From the human T2T-CHM13v2.0 reference genome, Homo sapiens, in the NCBI RefSeq assembly GCF_009914755.1, contig NC_060935.1: 64,000 nucleotides of DNA. The stretch is one strand, 5' to 3'. Made by a program: the position numbers and the translations under genes. Shown piece by piece: positions 43,407 through 57,148 of this stretch (the first letter of the stretch is position 1; every line of letters begins with the position of its first letter). The notes beneath the pieces are model-generated. The model had not been told where the DNA came from, did not search any database, and saw only the letters and a list, made by a program, of their open reading frames with translations.

Positions 43407-46400
43407 CTGAGAAATGTGAGGACATTGGTGTGTGTGGAAGGTGCTGGCATAACAGCTGGAGTTGCATCCTTCAAGTGACAATATAGGTATATCAGGGCAG
43501 TCTGCTATGATTAGAACTGAAAAGAATCTGGAGGCCATATCATCTGAATTCCTCATTTTAGGAAACTGATCTCTAGAGAGAAAAAGTGACTTGGGCAAAG
43601 CCACAGAGATAATGGCAGAGGCAGGGCTGGTAGCAAACTAGAGTGGGAAGAGATTGAGTTTTAAAGTAAGAGACTGGGGGTGCAGTCATTTATTCAGCAA
43701 ACATGTACCAAGCTCCTGTTCCATGTCAGACCCAAGTCTAGGCACCGGGAACACAGTCAAATAAAACAGACAAGGCTCCTGCCCCCATGGAGCTTACATT
43801 CTCATTCCTCCTCTTACAGACTCTTCTGAGACTACCATGGCAGTCCACCTAGTTTGCCTTCATGAATCGATTTCCTCTTCTCTAAAAAGGGAGTAGCAAT
43901 ACCTCTTTAATTTTAATTAATTCATTTATTCATTCTACAAATATTGATCAAGTATATATGATGTGCCAGGCACAATGCTAGGTGCTGGTGACCCAAAAGT
44001 AAGCAAGGTAGAACCAGCCCCTGCTTTCAGATATGACGAACTAGAGGCAAGATGGTTGTCATCTTAAATGTCCATCAAAATCACCTGAAGCCCTTAGGAG
44101 GTCACTGCTGCCCTGGCCCCATGCCTGGAGCTGTCGATTCCACTGCTCTGGGGTGGGGCTAGGCATCACTATTTTCACAAACCTTCCAGGTGGTTCTTAT
44201 AGGGGTGGGGTGAAGAAGTGCTGGAGAGGCAAAGATAAAGGGTCATGCGGGTGGTGGTTTGGCAGGTGGAGGGTGCAGCCTATCAGACCTGGGTTCTTGG
44301 GGCTGGGAAATGCTTCCCAGAGGAAGTGACTCATCAGGTGAGACCATGAGTAGGACTAGTCCAGGAACAAGAAGTGGGAGCAGTGTCTGGGAAGGCCAGA
44401 GCCCCCAGAGGTTGCTCTGAGGGTAAAAGGGGTAACAGAGGTGGACCATAGTCCGTGGTCAGAGACAAGAACTATGCCATTGTTCCTTTGCCTGTTTCTC
44501 TCTCTTTGTTCTTTCCAGCCCCACTCCCTTCCTGTTATGTTCTTTATCCTACAATACACCATACTGACAGCACAACAGCTGATTCTCCAGCTCCTAATAA
44601 TTATCTGAAAGAGCTTCCTCCTGTCATCCATCTCATGTCCACTGCTTCTCTGCAAGGCAGGAGCCAGCCTCCGGCTCCCTTCCCACAGCTTCCAGCTCAA
44701 TTGCCTCCCTACAGCAGAGGGAAATGCTCTCTTTGCTGCATGATTTGATCAGTGTATTCCCCCCAACCCTCCACCTTCAGGTGCACAAAGACAAAATGCA
44801 TTCTCTTCAGATATTTGATTTGTTTTGCAAGTAAGTGCTCAGTACCCACCAGCTGATAACCACATTGGATGTGTTTGACAAATAGTCCTTGAGTGTTACC
44901 ATAAATCTATAACTTGATGAGAGATTCTTATTGTCAAAATATAATTAGATCAAAGTTTGGTATTTCCCAAGGGTGTAAGGAAGTTCATGGATGTGTACCA
45001 TATTCAGTAAGATATACATCTGTGCATGATGTCTGCCATTGTCACTCTAAAACAAGAGGGAAATCTGACATGCTTTTACGTCCTAAAGAAGGAAGATATT
45101 CAGTGACTTGTTTAAGTCTCTTCTGAAATAACCCTCAGCAGAGCCTGAGTTTATTCTCAAGGCGAGGGGGTGGGGGAAACGGGGTGCACAAACAGTTTTG
45201 ATCCCATGCCGATGTCTGCTGACTTACGCAGAGAATACAACAAGCTTCAGGGTTAAGGAAAGGATAACAGGGAGGTTGAGAAAGAAAAATCAGTCTGCTG
45301 GAAATGTCATTGTCTTAAGCGAGGGTGGAGGAGAGTTGGAGAGTCCTTCTCTTCTATGTATAATCTTCTCAATGCATTGTAAAATGTTTTAAAGGGATTA
45401 TATTATTTCTCCTGCCTGTGAGGTTACCCCAACTTGTCTCCTCCTCTCTCCCCATTTTTCCCATTTTTGGCTCTTTTGACATGTAAGTGAGACCAGAAAC
45501 AAAGGCTGTCATCTCATCCAGGTAGCCATTTGTCCACACTTACCAGTAAACTGAATTTGCCAAGAACTCCCACTCTGCAGTCTCTGGGAGAGGCAAGATG
45601 ATAAGCTTGTGCCTCTGATAAAGCCTGCAGCCTGGGATGATCTGGGCTGAGTGGGGAGACTGAATCCATGGGAAACTGCATCCCTTGAGGAGACTCGTCT
45701 GGACTTCTCTCTGCCGGGAGGCACTGGCGTTGTAAGAAATGAAGGAATGGGGTCAGGGGTGGGGAGCATCCACAACTCAGATGTTTAAAGAGCCAGAGCT
45801 GCAAACAAAATCTGGCTAGGAACAGTTTTCTTCGACTGACCTCACTAGATGCCTCTTTCCAAAATTCCAAGCCCTCTTGGGGCACACGGGGTCTTTCTGG
45901 AAGTTGGTGATGTCGTGGAAAGGTCACTAGGTTTGGATCCAAACTGCCTAGTATGAGTTTACCATGAGCTTCAATAATCTGATCAAGTTCCAACATTCCT
46001 CTGAGCTTCAGTTGCTTCTGTGAGATGGAAAACACCATCCCTTCTCAGGACTGTCAGGGACTTTAAATGAGCTGACATAGTTAATACAAATAAACCACCA
46101 GCACAGTGACTGGGACACAGAAGGACCTCAGCAAACTGAGTTTTTGCTCCTTTTTCCTTTGCTAAATGAAATCAAACCATTGCAAACCCCATTAGTGTAT
46201 AAGAGACATTCATTTGTCCATCCCTGAAGGTGTAAGCACAATATAAAAAGGCTTCCCAAACTACTCAGGCGGAGCAGGATAGAGAGATGTATGTTTTGCT
46301 GAGCTGATCATAAATCTGAATGAAGTAATTATGTAAAGTATTCAAGAGCAATTCAGTAAGAAGATGCCTCATCTGCCTTGATGGGCTTTTCAATTACTCA

Positions 46401-46789
46401 TTTTTAGTACTGCATTATACTGTTCTCTGGCAATAATTATTAAACATTTCAACTGTACTGCTATATAAAACTTAAAAGGCTGATTTATTTCCTAGGCATT
46501 AGACTACATTGAATAAAATCCCCCAATTACATGGTTCTATTTTTTAAAACCTGTTTATCAGTGATTTTCTAGTATTGAGTCAAAACTGACAGCAGGTCCT
46601 CATGTGAAAAATAAGGGTACAGTGTGTTAAATCCAGCGGTTATTAGCTTTGGGGTCATGGAGGATATTAATACAGACCCCCTACTTGCTAGTCCCAGTTT
46701 CTGAATCTGTAAAATGGGGATAATTCCCACTTCACTGGATTATTGTTTGAAATAATGGATACAAAGTGTTAGCAAGAATGTAGAGTCTG

Positions 46790-47088
46790 TGCCAGGTTTG
46801 GTGGCTCACACCTGTAATCTCAGCTCTTTGGGAGGCTGAGGCAGGAGGATTGCTTGAACCCAGGAGTTTGAGACCAACCTGGGCAACATAGACCTCATCT
46901 CTACAAAATATAAAAAATAAAAAATATTACCTCGGCATGGTGGCGTGTGCCTGTGGTCCTAGCTACTAGATAGGATTGCTTGAGTCCAGGAGTTCAAGGT
47001 TATAGTGAGCTATGATCTTGTCACTTCACTCTAGCCGGGGCACAGAGTGAGACCCTGTCTCAAAAATAAATAAAAATAAAATTTTAAA
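46790..47088 (+). mobile_element. AluJ with small deletions
   Basis: ggaggattgcttga...gtgagctatgatc; degenerate TSD aagaat(g/a)tag. Confidence 0.88.
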
Positions 47089-47715
47089 AAAGAATATAGG
47101 GTATTTACTTATTAAACACTAGATATTCTGAGATTCACTGGCATTTACATATAGCCAGTGAGAATCTTCCCACTTATTCAGTGTATATGCATCAATCACC
47201 TACTAGGCTCTAGGCACTCAAGATGCCACCAGGGCCCATTCTCTGATTGTCACTTCAATGACTCAAAGTCATGGTCATCAAGCATCTAGCAGCTCCAGGT
47301 CCCCTTCTGGGCTCTGTACACAGGACATCTTTCATCATGTGTAGCCATTTTCCACATAAGGATGTGTACTCACAGAGAGTTGGGTGACTTTACTCAAGGT
47401 CATTCAGTAGCTAAGGCAGAAATCAGACCTATGTCTGCTGGCTCCAAAGTCCACATCTTCTCTCCCCACTACCCCATGCTACCTCTCAGGATTCCAGGAG
47501 CACATTTCACCTGGTTTGAAGGATAATTCCTCCTCCTCTTCCTGGTTTTTCTAGAGGAGATAGCTCTTTTCTTATTGAGGATTACCCACCCCTGAAAAAT
47601 TACCACTTTCCCGAAGTCTGTCTCTACTTTTCTCAGCATCTTCCAATTCTCACCTGGAAGATGAGGCTTTCTATTCTAACTGAGGACTACACCATGATTC
47701 AGGCAGTGACCCCTA

Positions 47716-47734
47716 CACACACACACACACACAC
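47716..47734 (+). repeat. (AC)n microsatellite
   Basis: About 9-10 perfect units. Confidence 0.9.
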
Positions 47735-47987
47735 AAGCATGTGTGTGCCCAGTTCTACTGGAGCCTGTCCATTGTACTTGAGGCTCCCAAGCCAAACTGG
47801 ATTTAGGTGCAGGCCAGCTGGGCTGGTACCCTGGATACCAGTCTGTAAAGAGAACTAAAATGCTGCTGGAAATGTAATACAGTGGAGAAAATGGTCTTTA
47901 CCAGAATTGTTGAGAGCAAGCGGGACACGAGAATGATAATAATAATATTTATCAATGCACAGTGATTATAATATACACTGATAGTTT

Positions 47988-48399
47988 TGTTGATAAACTT
48001 TCTCCTTAGTTCAGCCAAAACCGGGCTCTTGTCACATGATCAGGAAAAGATTAGGCTTGTGGACACAGAATGGTGAGGAAAACAGAATTTATTGGGTGAA
48101 AAGGAAAAAGGAAAAGCAACTCTCAGCAAAGTGAGAGAGTCCTCCTATCAGGTTTCCCGCCTCACACGTTGAATCCCAGGTCACCACATAGCAACGGGAG
48201 AGGCCAGGCTCCTCCCCACTGAACTTCCTGAGGCTCCACCCCATTCTCCCAGTGCTCAGGTGGGCGTTATTCAGAAAGAATCAGTCAGGAAAGGGTGGCT
48301 TCATCCAGGAAGTGTAGTCAGGTTTTTCAGCCTTCAGGCTGTTTTAGGTTTAAATATGGAGTTTTGCTGGGGACCCTTGGCTGCCTCCTGTCTCCACTG
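47988..48399 (-). mobile_element. ERV1 solo LTR, MER61-family-like, inserted in a MIR
   Basis: ctttctccttagttcagc...gctcttgtcaca...ggggacccttggctgcctcctgtctc; 4-bp TSD gttt; MIR continues to about 48560. Confidence 0.65.
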
Positions 48400-49211
48400 G
48401 TTTTGTGCCAGAAGCTTCTCTAACAACTTTGTATATGAATTCATATAAACACTTCTGGCCCATTGAGGTAGATGCTATTATCAGTCCCCATTTTACAGAT
48501 AAGGAGAATCAGTCCAGAAAAGTTAAGGAACTTGCCAGAGTCACACCAGTAATAAATAGGCTGCTGGACTCTCCTAGGACTTTGTATTGTCTCCTGGTAG
48601 GGGGAAAACCCCCAAGAGCACTTAAGTGACAAGAGCTGGTATCTCAGTGACCTTCCAGGCCTCTTAGTTGCTGGGTGAGGTATGCAAGTTTAGGGCAGCA
48701 GTTGAACTACTCAGGTTAATAGAGTGAGCAGTGCTGAGCTGGCAGTCTGCCTGCCCTCCTCCCACGCAGCACTCAGCCTATCCTCCAAATGAATGTTGGG
48801 CAAATATTTAGAGAATATCGTTTTGAAAGGGGGCCAGGTTATTAGCCTGCCCAGGGCGCCTACGCATCTTGGCCCAGCCTTGCTCCCAAGCCTGGCCTGC
48901 TGTCTGTGCTCCTAATATGTGAAACAACTCACATAGCATGGAGGATTAATCTGCTTTTGGGGGAGAAATGCAATCTGGTGTTTCTCAGGACTAAACTTCT
49001 GTGGATTGGATGCCACATGCCCGGTGCCAGAGGGTCCGCCAATGGTGCTCGTGGCCACGTCACCTCCCCCACAATCCCACGTGCTTCTCAAGTCTGGAAA
49101 GCACAGGGTACACTCCCGGGAAGAGAAAATAAAGCAAGTGAGATTTTAAAAGATGAATAAGGTGGAGGTAAGAATCCGTTTGAAGAGATGCTAATGCAAA
49201 AAGGGATGCTA

Positions 49212-49919
49212 GTTCAGAGACATGCAAATCAAAACTACAACGAGGCACCACCTAACAGCAGTCAGAATGGCTGTTGTTAAAAAGACAAAAAATAACAGAT
49301 GCTAGCAAGGCTGCGGAGAAAAGGGAACACTTGTACACTGTTGGTGGGAATGTAAGTTAGTTTGTCCACTGTGGAAAGCAGTTTGGAGATCTCTCCAAGA
49401 ACTAAAAACAGAACTAGGATTTGTTCCAGCAATCCCATTACTGGGTATATATGCAAAGGAAAATAAATTGTTCTACAAAAAAGACATAAGCACTCATATG
49501 TTCATTACAGTACTATTCACAATAGCAACGACATGGCATCAACTTAGGTGTTTGTCAGTGGTGAACTGGATAAAGAAAATGTGGTACATATATACCATGG
49601 AATACTACATAGCTATAAATAATAAAATCTATCCTTTGCAGCAATATGGATGCAGCTGGAGGCCATCATCCGAAGCAAATTAACTCAGGAACAGAAAACC
49701 AATACCACATGTTCTCACTTGTAAGTGGGAGCAAAACACTGGATTCATATGGACATAAAGATGGAAATGATAGACACCAGGGGCTACCGGAGCAGGAAGA
49801 GATTAATGGGGAAAGGTCTGAAAGACTACCTTTTGTGTACTGTGCTCACTACCTGGGTGATGGGATCATTCGTAACAAACCTGTACATGTACACCCTGAA
49901 GTTGAAATTATATATTTTT
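49212..49919 (+). mobile_element. 5'-truncated L1 (L1PA15/16-L1PB-like) 3' end
   Basis: ORF2 C-terminal motif KKMWYIYTMEYY; TSD aaaaag(g)gatgcta at 49198-49211 and 49920-49932. Confidence 0.88.
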
Positions 49920-52618
49920 AAAAAGGATGCTATAACTTTTGTGAAAGTTAGGCTGGAAGATGGGGGTATTTGTAGGGAAAAGGGACAGGATTTAAGCCTA
50001 AATCTTTACAGTTTAGAAGAGAGGCCACTGACAAAAAGTACACTGAATAACGCAGTCAATGCAGCCATTCAAATTATGTTTCTGTTAAGTTCAGAAAAAC
50101 CTGGAAAAATATTGAGGCTCCTAGGACAAATGGAAAAAGAAACAAGACACATTATATAAACAAAATCAGTACCGCTATTAACAAATTTTAAAGAATACAT
50201 GGAGAAAAGGCTAGAAGGAAACAAACCAAAATTATTCAAACAGTGGAGGATTTTTTTTTTCCTTTACTTTTCTGTCCTGGTTAACGTTTCTATGATAAAC
50301 TTACTTTTTAAATCAATAAGGGCAAAATCTGAATTTTAAAAAATCTATATTGAAAGCCCTTTCATAAAAGACAGAAGCAACTGTCTTTCCTTCCATGGCT
50401 TTCAGATTGAAAAAATACACGTAGGAAACTAGTAAGAGGTGATTCAATGACTGGGATTATTTTCTTTGGATTCTCTCTCAGGTTTTACTGAAGTAGTTAG
50501 AAAGCCCTTCCTGGGCAGATTCAGCAATAATAAACTACATTAATTTCATTTCCAGAAAAAACTTAAGATGTCAAATTTAGCTAAGGGGGATCATAATAGC
50601 CCCAAATTATAAACAACAAAATGTTCAACGTGCTGAGGTTTGTTAGGTAAAATGTGGACCAAATAAGATGAGGTATTATGCTGCCATTAAAAATTTTATT
50701 GGGATTGTACATTAAATGGAAAAGAAATATGTTCGTGATATGGTGTGAAATGACGAGTTATAACATGGGAAGCATACTTTAATCCTGTCTTTTAGAATTA
50801 CATTTTTATATGTATATGTATGCACAATCTAAAATGATATACACCAAAATATTAATAACTATCTTGGGGTGGTGGAATGATCAGGAACGTTTGTTTCATA
50901 TTTTTTGCTCCCCTATGTTTTCTGATTTTCTACGATGAACAAATATCTGTATGGAGTAATTATAAGAAGCTTATTTGTTTCCCCTCTTAAAAGTGTCTTC
51001 CTCCCATGTTAGCCAGCCTGTGGTGTTAATGCTTCCCTCTGGGGATGTGGGCCACGACCAGTTAGGAGAGGGGTGCACGGCACACAAGGGGAACCACAAC
51101 ATACCGAGGGCCTGTTAACAGCTGCTGGCTGCTTCGTCAATACTATCTCATCTATTCCTTCTGTCCATCAAGCAAGATGGATATTATCATCCTCATTTTG
51201 CAGATGAGAAAACAGACCCAGAGAGGTCAAGTAGCTTGGTGTGGTCAAAGTCATCTAATTAGAAAGTGGCAGAGCCATGATTTAGTCCAAATCTACCTGC
51301 CTCAAACATTCATCTACTTTTTACTCTATCACACTACTTCTCATGACACCTCTAGAGAAGAAATATTTATAAAGTGGTGTCATAGCACATGTCTTCCCTC
51401 ATTCCCCACCCTGGTCCCTAACTTCAGTGCCCCCTATACTCCCTGACTCAACAGTGCATATTTAGATGTCCCAATGCCCTGTTCTTCAGGCCCAGCCCAC
51501 CCAGTACCCACATACCCAGACCAGAAGCTGCTGTCCTCAATTGGGGGTTATCACACCACTATCCCTGATAGGAAACTTTGGTCGTGGTGCCTCAGCATTG
51601 ACCACTGAGTCCCCTGAGTTGTTTCCTTAATCACATCTCACATCCTCCACAGAAGATGTCCCTTCTTATCCCAAGGCCCAGTTTCTAAGACTAGCCTCTC
51701 CTGCTCACTCTGCTCCAAGCCCATGTTCATGGGACTAGTTTCCTGCTGTGGATGCTATTCCAAGTTCCTGTTCTAATTATCTGACTTCTCCTTGATTCTC
51801 ATGTGGGAACTGGAGCCCTGACCTGGCCACTAGTCCTGACCTCTGTGTCTGGGGCTCTGCTTCCTGAAGACAAATGTCCCAGATGCCACTTACGTGGACT
51901 TTGGAATCGTATTCTCCTAGATGTCTCACTGCCATGGCCCACCCACGTGTTAGAACGCTTGCAACTTCCTCTGGGACCTTGATGCTGTTCAGGTTCATCT
52001 CTTGAGGCTTGTGTCTCTTGAACCAGAAAGTGTGAGGAGGTGACGTATCAGGGGAGATAATCCAGATCAGAGTTGAGGAGGGGAGTCAAGATTAGATTTA
52101 GGGAAGAAGGGTTGTATGTTCAGATCTGAAAAAGAAAAGCCCATAAATAGGCTGAGGGAAGAGTAGGCACCCTCAGAGTAAAGATGGGTCATGATGTAGG
52201 TTTCAAAATGGGTATGGCATGTGATTTAGGACTAAGACTGCATTCAATGAAAAGTTTTAGAAGCCTAGAAAAATCATTCTATTAGCTTAAAATGCCCCTG
52301 ATATTTGAAAAGGCATATTCATGACCAGATACCCAACCAGTTGCTTTAACAATAGACTGACAAGTATTGGGGAAATCAAACCTTGTCTTCCTGTCTAAAC
52401 TTGGTGGATATCTGGGTTGTCTCACCTGGCTGGATGGGAACCAGTCACAGATTAAGATTTCTCCGTCTCTTGCAAGGAGTCAAGCAGCTGCCTTATCAGC
52501 AAATCTCTCCCAAAGTGACTTTAAACTTAAACTTAACCCAAGAAGGTTTATTTAAACCTATATATAAAATAGAAATGTTATCATTGGAATGTTGTAATTA
52601 GGTCCTTTAAAAATATTA

Positions 52619-52746
52619 AGCTGGGTGTGGTGGCATATACCTATCATCCAAGCTACTCAGGAGGCTGAAGCGAGAGGATTACTTGAACCCAGGAGTTCAC
52701 AGCCAGCCTGGGCAACATAGTAAGATCCTATTTAAAAAAAGAAAAA
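52619..52746 (+). mobile_element. FLAM (Alu monomer)
   Basis: A single monomer of about 120 nt followed by an A-tail. Confidence 0.82.
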
Positions 52747-53982
52747 TGTATAACCTCTTCATCTAAAGTAATACATCATCATTGTTGAAAATTTAGAAAA
52801 CACAAAAATTATACAAAGGAAATAAAAATCACCCATAATACTATTACTAGACACAACCACTCCATTGTAATATGTTTTAATTTTCTGTCTTAGGTAAAAA
52901 GAAATCACAGATTGAAATGAATGACTGCCATTTAGTTGGTAGCTAACACGGTAGGATTCTGAGACCCACTCTAGATGACGAGTGTGGAGACGTTTGGGAT
53001 TGCCAGGAGGTTTGAGAGCAGGTTCTGATAGTGCAAGGCTTTTCAGAAGAAGCTGATATTTTCTGAGAAGCAAACAATGTTTGGAGGATTCTCTGGATCG
53101 AGAGAAATAACTCCTTCTGTTCAATGTTTAATTACCATCTGGCAACTGAGGTTGTGGATAAACAACCGTATTTACCTGAGGTAGCTTCTATGGATTGGAG
53201 AACATTCTTCTTTGTTTCACTTCTGGGCCAAGGGTCTTAGTCTTATGTCCCCCTGGGATCTTGGTCAGAGTTCACCTGGAGAGAGCATGGACTTTGGCTT
53301 CAGACAGCCCTGGGTCTGAATCCAGACAGATCACTCTGAGCTCCAGTTCCTCATCTGTAAAATCTTCTGTTCCTATCAAAGGTCCAGTGATATGACCATG
53401 CTAGGTACCTGGCAGATAATAAATGTTAACTCGATATGAGTGCCTTTTGGCTTTCCCAGTGTAGTCACCCAGAACCTTCCCAAGGATTTTAAAGATTTAG
53501 GATTAAAAATTCCTGCCAAAGTTCTCTGCGACCATCAGCAAACAGGGTCCTCACTGGACTCACTATTCTGCAAGTCCAAGAAAATCACATTGTTTGGAAA
53601 CCTACCCTCACGTCAACAAAGCTGCAGAAGAGAGTCTAAGAACCTGTTAAGAAAATATGAAGCAAAAGTACTATTCACTTTTACCAAGTACTTATGTGTA
53701 TGTTGGAGTGGAGTGGGGTCTTTTGTTGTGGGTTGGTCCAGTGTATGTGGTTTCATGGGACTAGGATTGGCTAGAGAGAAATTTCCTGCCTATCATAAAG
53801 GATATGGCACTATTAGGAGGGACTGTAGCATAGGGGAAAGAGCATGGACATTATGGCCAAGTAGGGCTGACCTCAAGCCCTAGCTCTGCCATTCTGGGAC
53901 TTTGGACAGGTTGTTGAACCCATCTGCATTACAGTAGTTTCCTAAGGGGTGGGTTTAATAATGCTTATTTTTCAGTGTTTGA

Positions 53983-55680
<1,698 letters not shown>

Positions 55681-55696
55681 AAGGTCTCAGCTTTTT

Positions 55697-55806
55697 TTTT
55701 AATTTTATTATTATTATACTTTAAGTTTTAGGGTACATGTGCACAATGTGCAGGTTTGTTACATATGTATACATATGCCATGTTGGTGTGCTGCACCCAT
55801 TAACTC
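55697..55806 (-). mobile_element. Very short (about 110 nt) L1PA3-like insertion with perfect 13-bp TSD
   Basis: ttattatactttaagttttagggtacatgtgcacaatgtgcaggtttgttac...gcacccattaactc; TSD gtctcagcttttt at 55684-55696 and 55807-55819. Confidence 0.93.
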
Positions 55807-56341
55807 GTCTCAGCTTTTTAATGGGAGAGATTTGAATGTGCTTAAAAGACAATGACAACAATTCAGTTGGAGCACAAGTTGAATCCAGAGAAGAGTAAGG
55901 AGATAATTGTTAGAGTTGGGAAGAAGGGATGGGACCAAGACAGTGTGGTATTAGTAAAAAAATAGTCTAACAGAGCAATGGAGTATAATAAAAAGCCCAG
56001 AAATAGACCCACACAAATATAGTCAACTGATCTTTGACAAAGGAGCAAAGGTAATATAATAGAGCAAAGATAGTCTTTTCAACAAATGGTGCTGAAACAA
56101 CTGCATATCCACATGTAGAAAAAAAAAAAAAGAATCTAGACATAGACCTTACACCCCTCACAAAAATTAACTCAAAATGGATTACAGACCTAAGTGTAAA
56201 ATGCAGAACTATAAAACTCCTAGAAGACAACACAGAAGAAAACCTAGATGACATTGGATATGGCAGTGATTTTTTAAGTACAACACCAAAAGCATTATCC
56301 ATGAAAGAAATAATTGATAAGTTGGACTTCATTAAAATTTA

Positions 56342-57148
<807 letters not shown>

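Noticed and set aside
45160-45770. G-rich runs (about 45165-45185 and 45748-45765) as G-quadruplexes
   Set aside because: Each has only three tracts of three or more G.
45514-46038. 174-aa minus-strand ORF
   Set aside because: Begins in a MIR, has no recognisable domain or exon structure; consistent with chance.
47988-48399. Possible p53 site in the MER61-like LTR
   Set aside because: MER61 copies often carry p53 elements, but I see no RRRCWWGYYY pair here.
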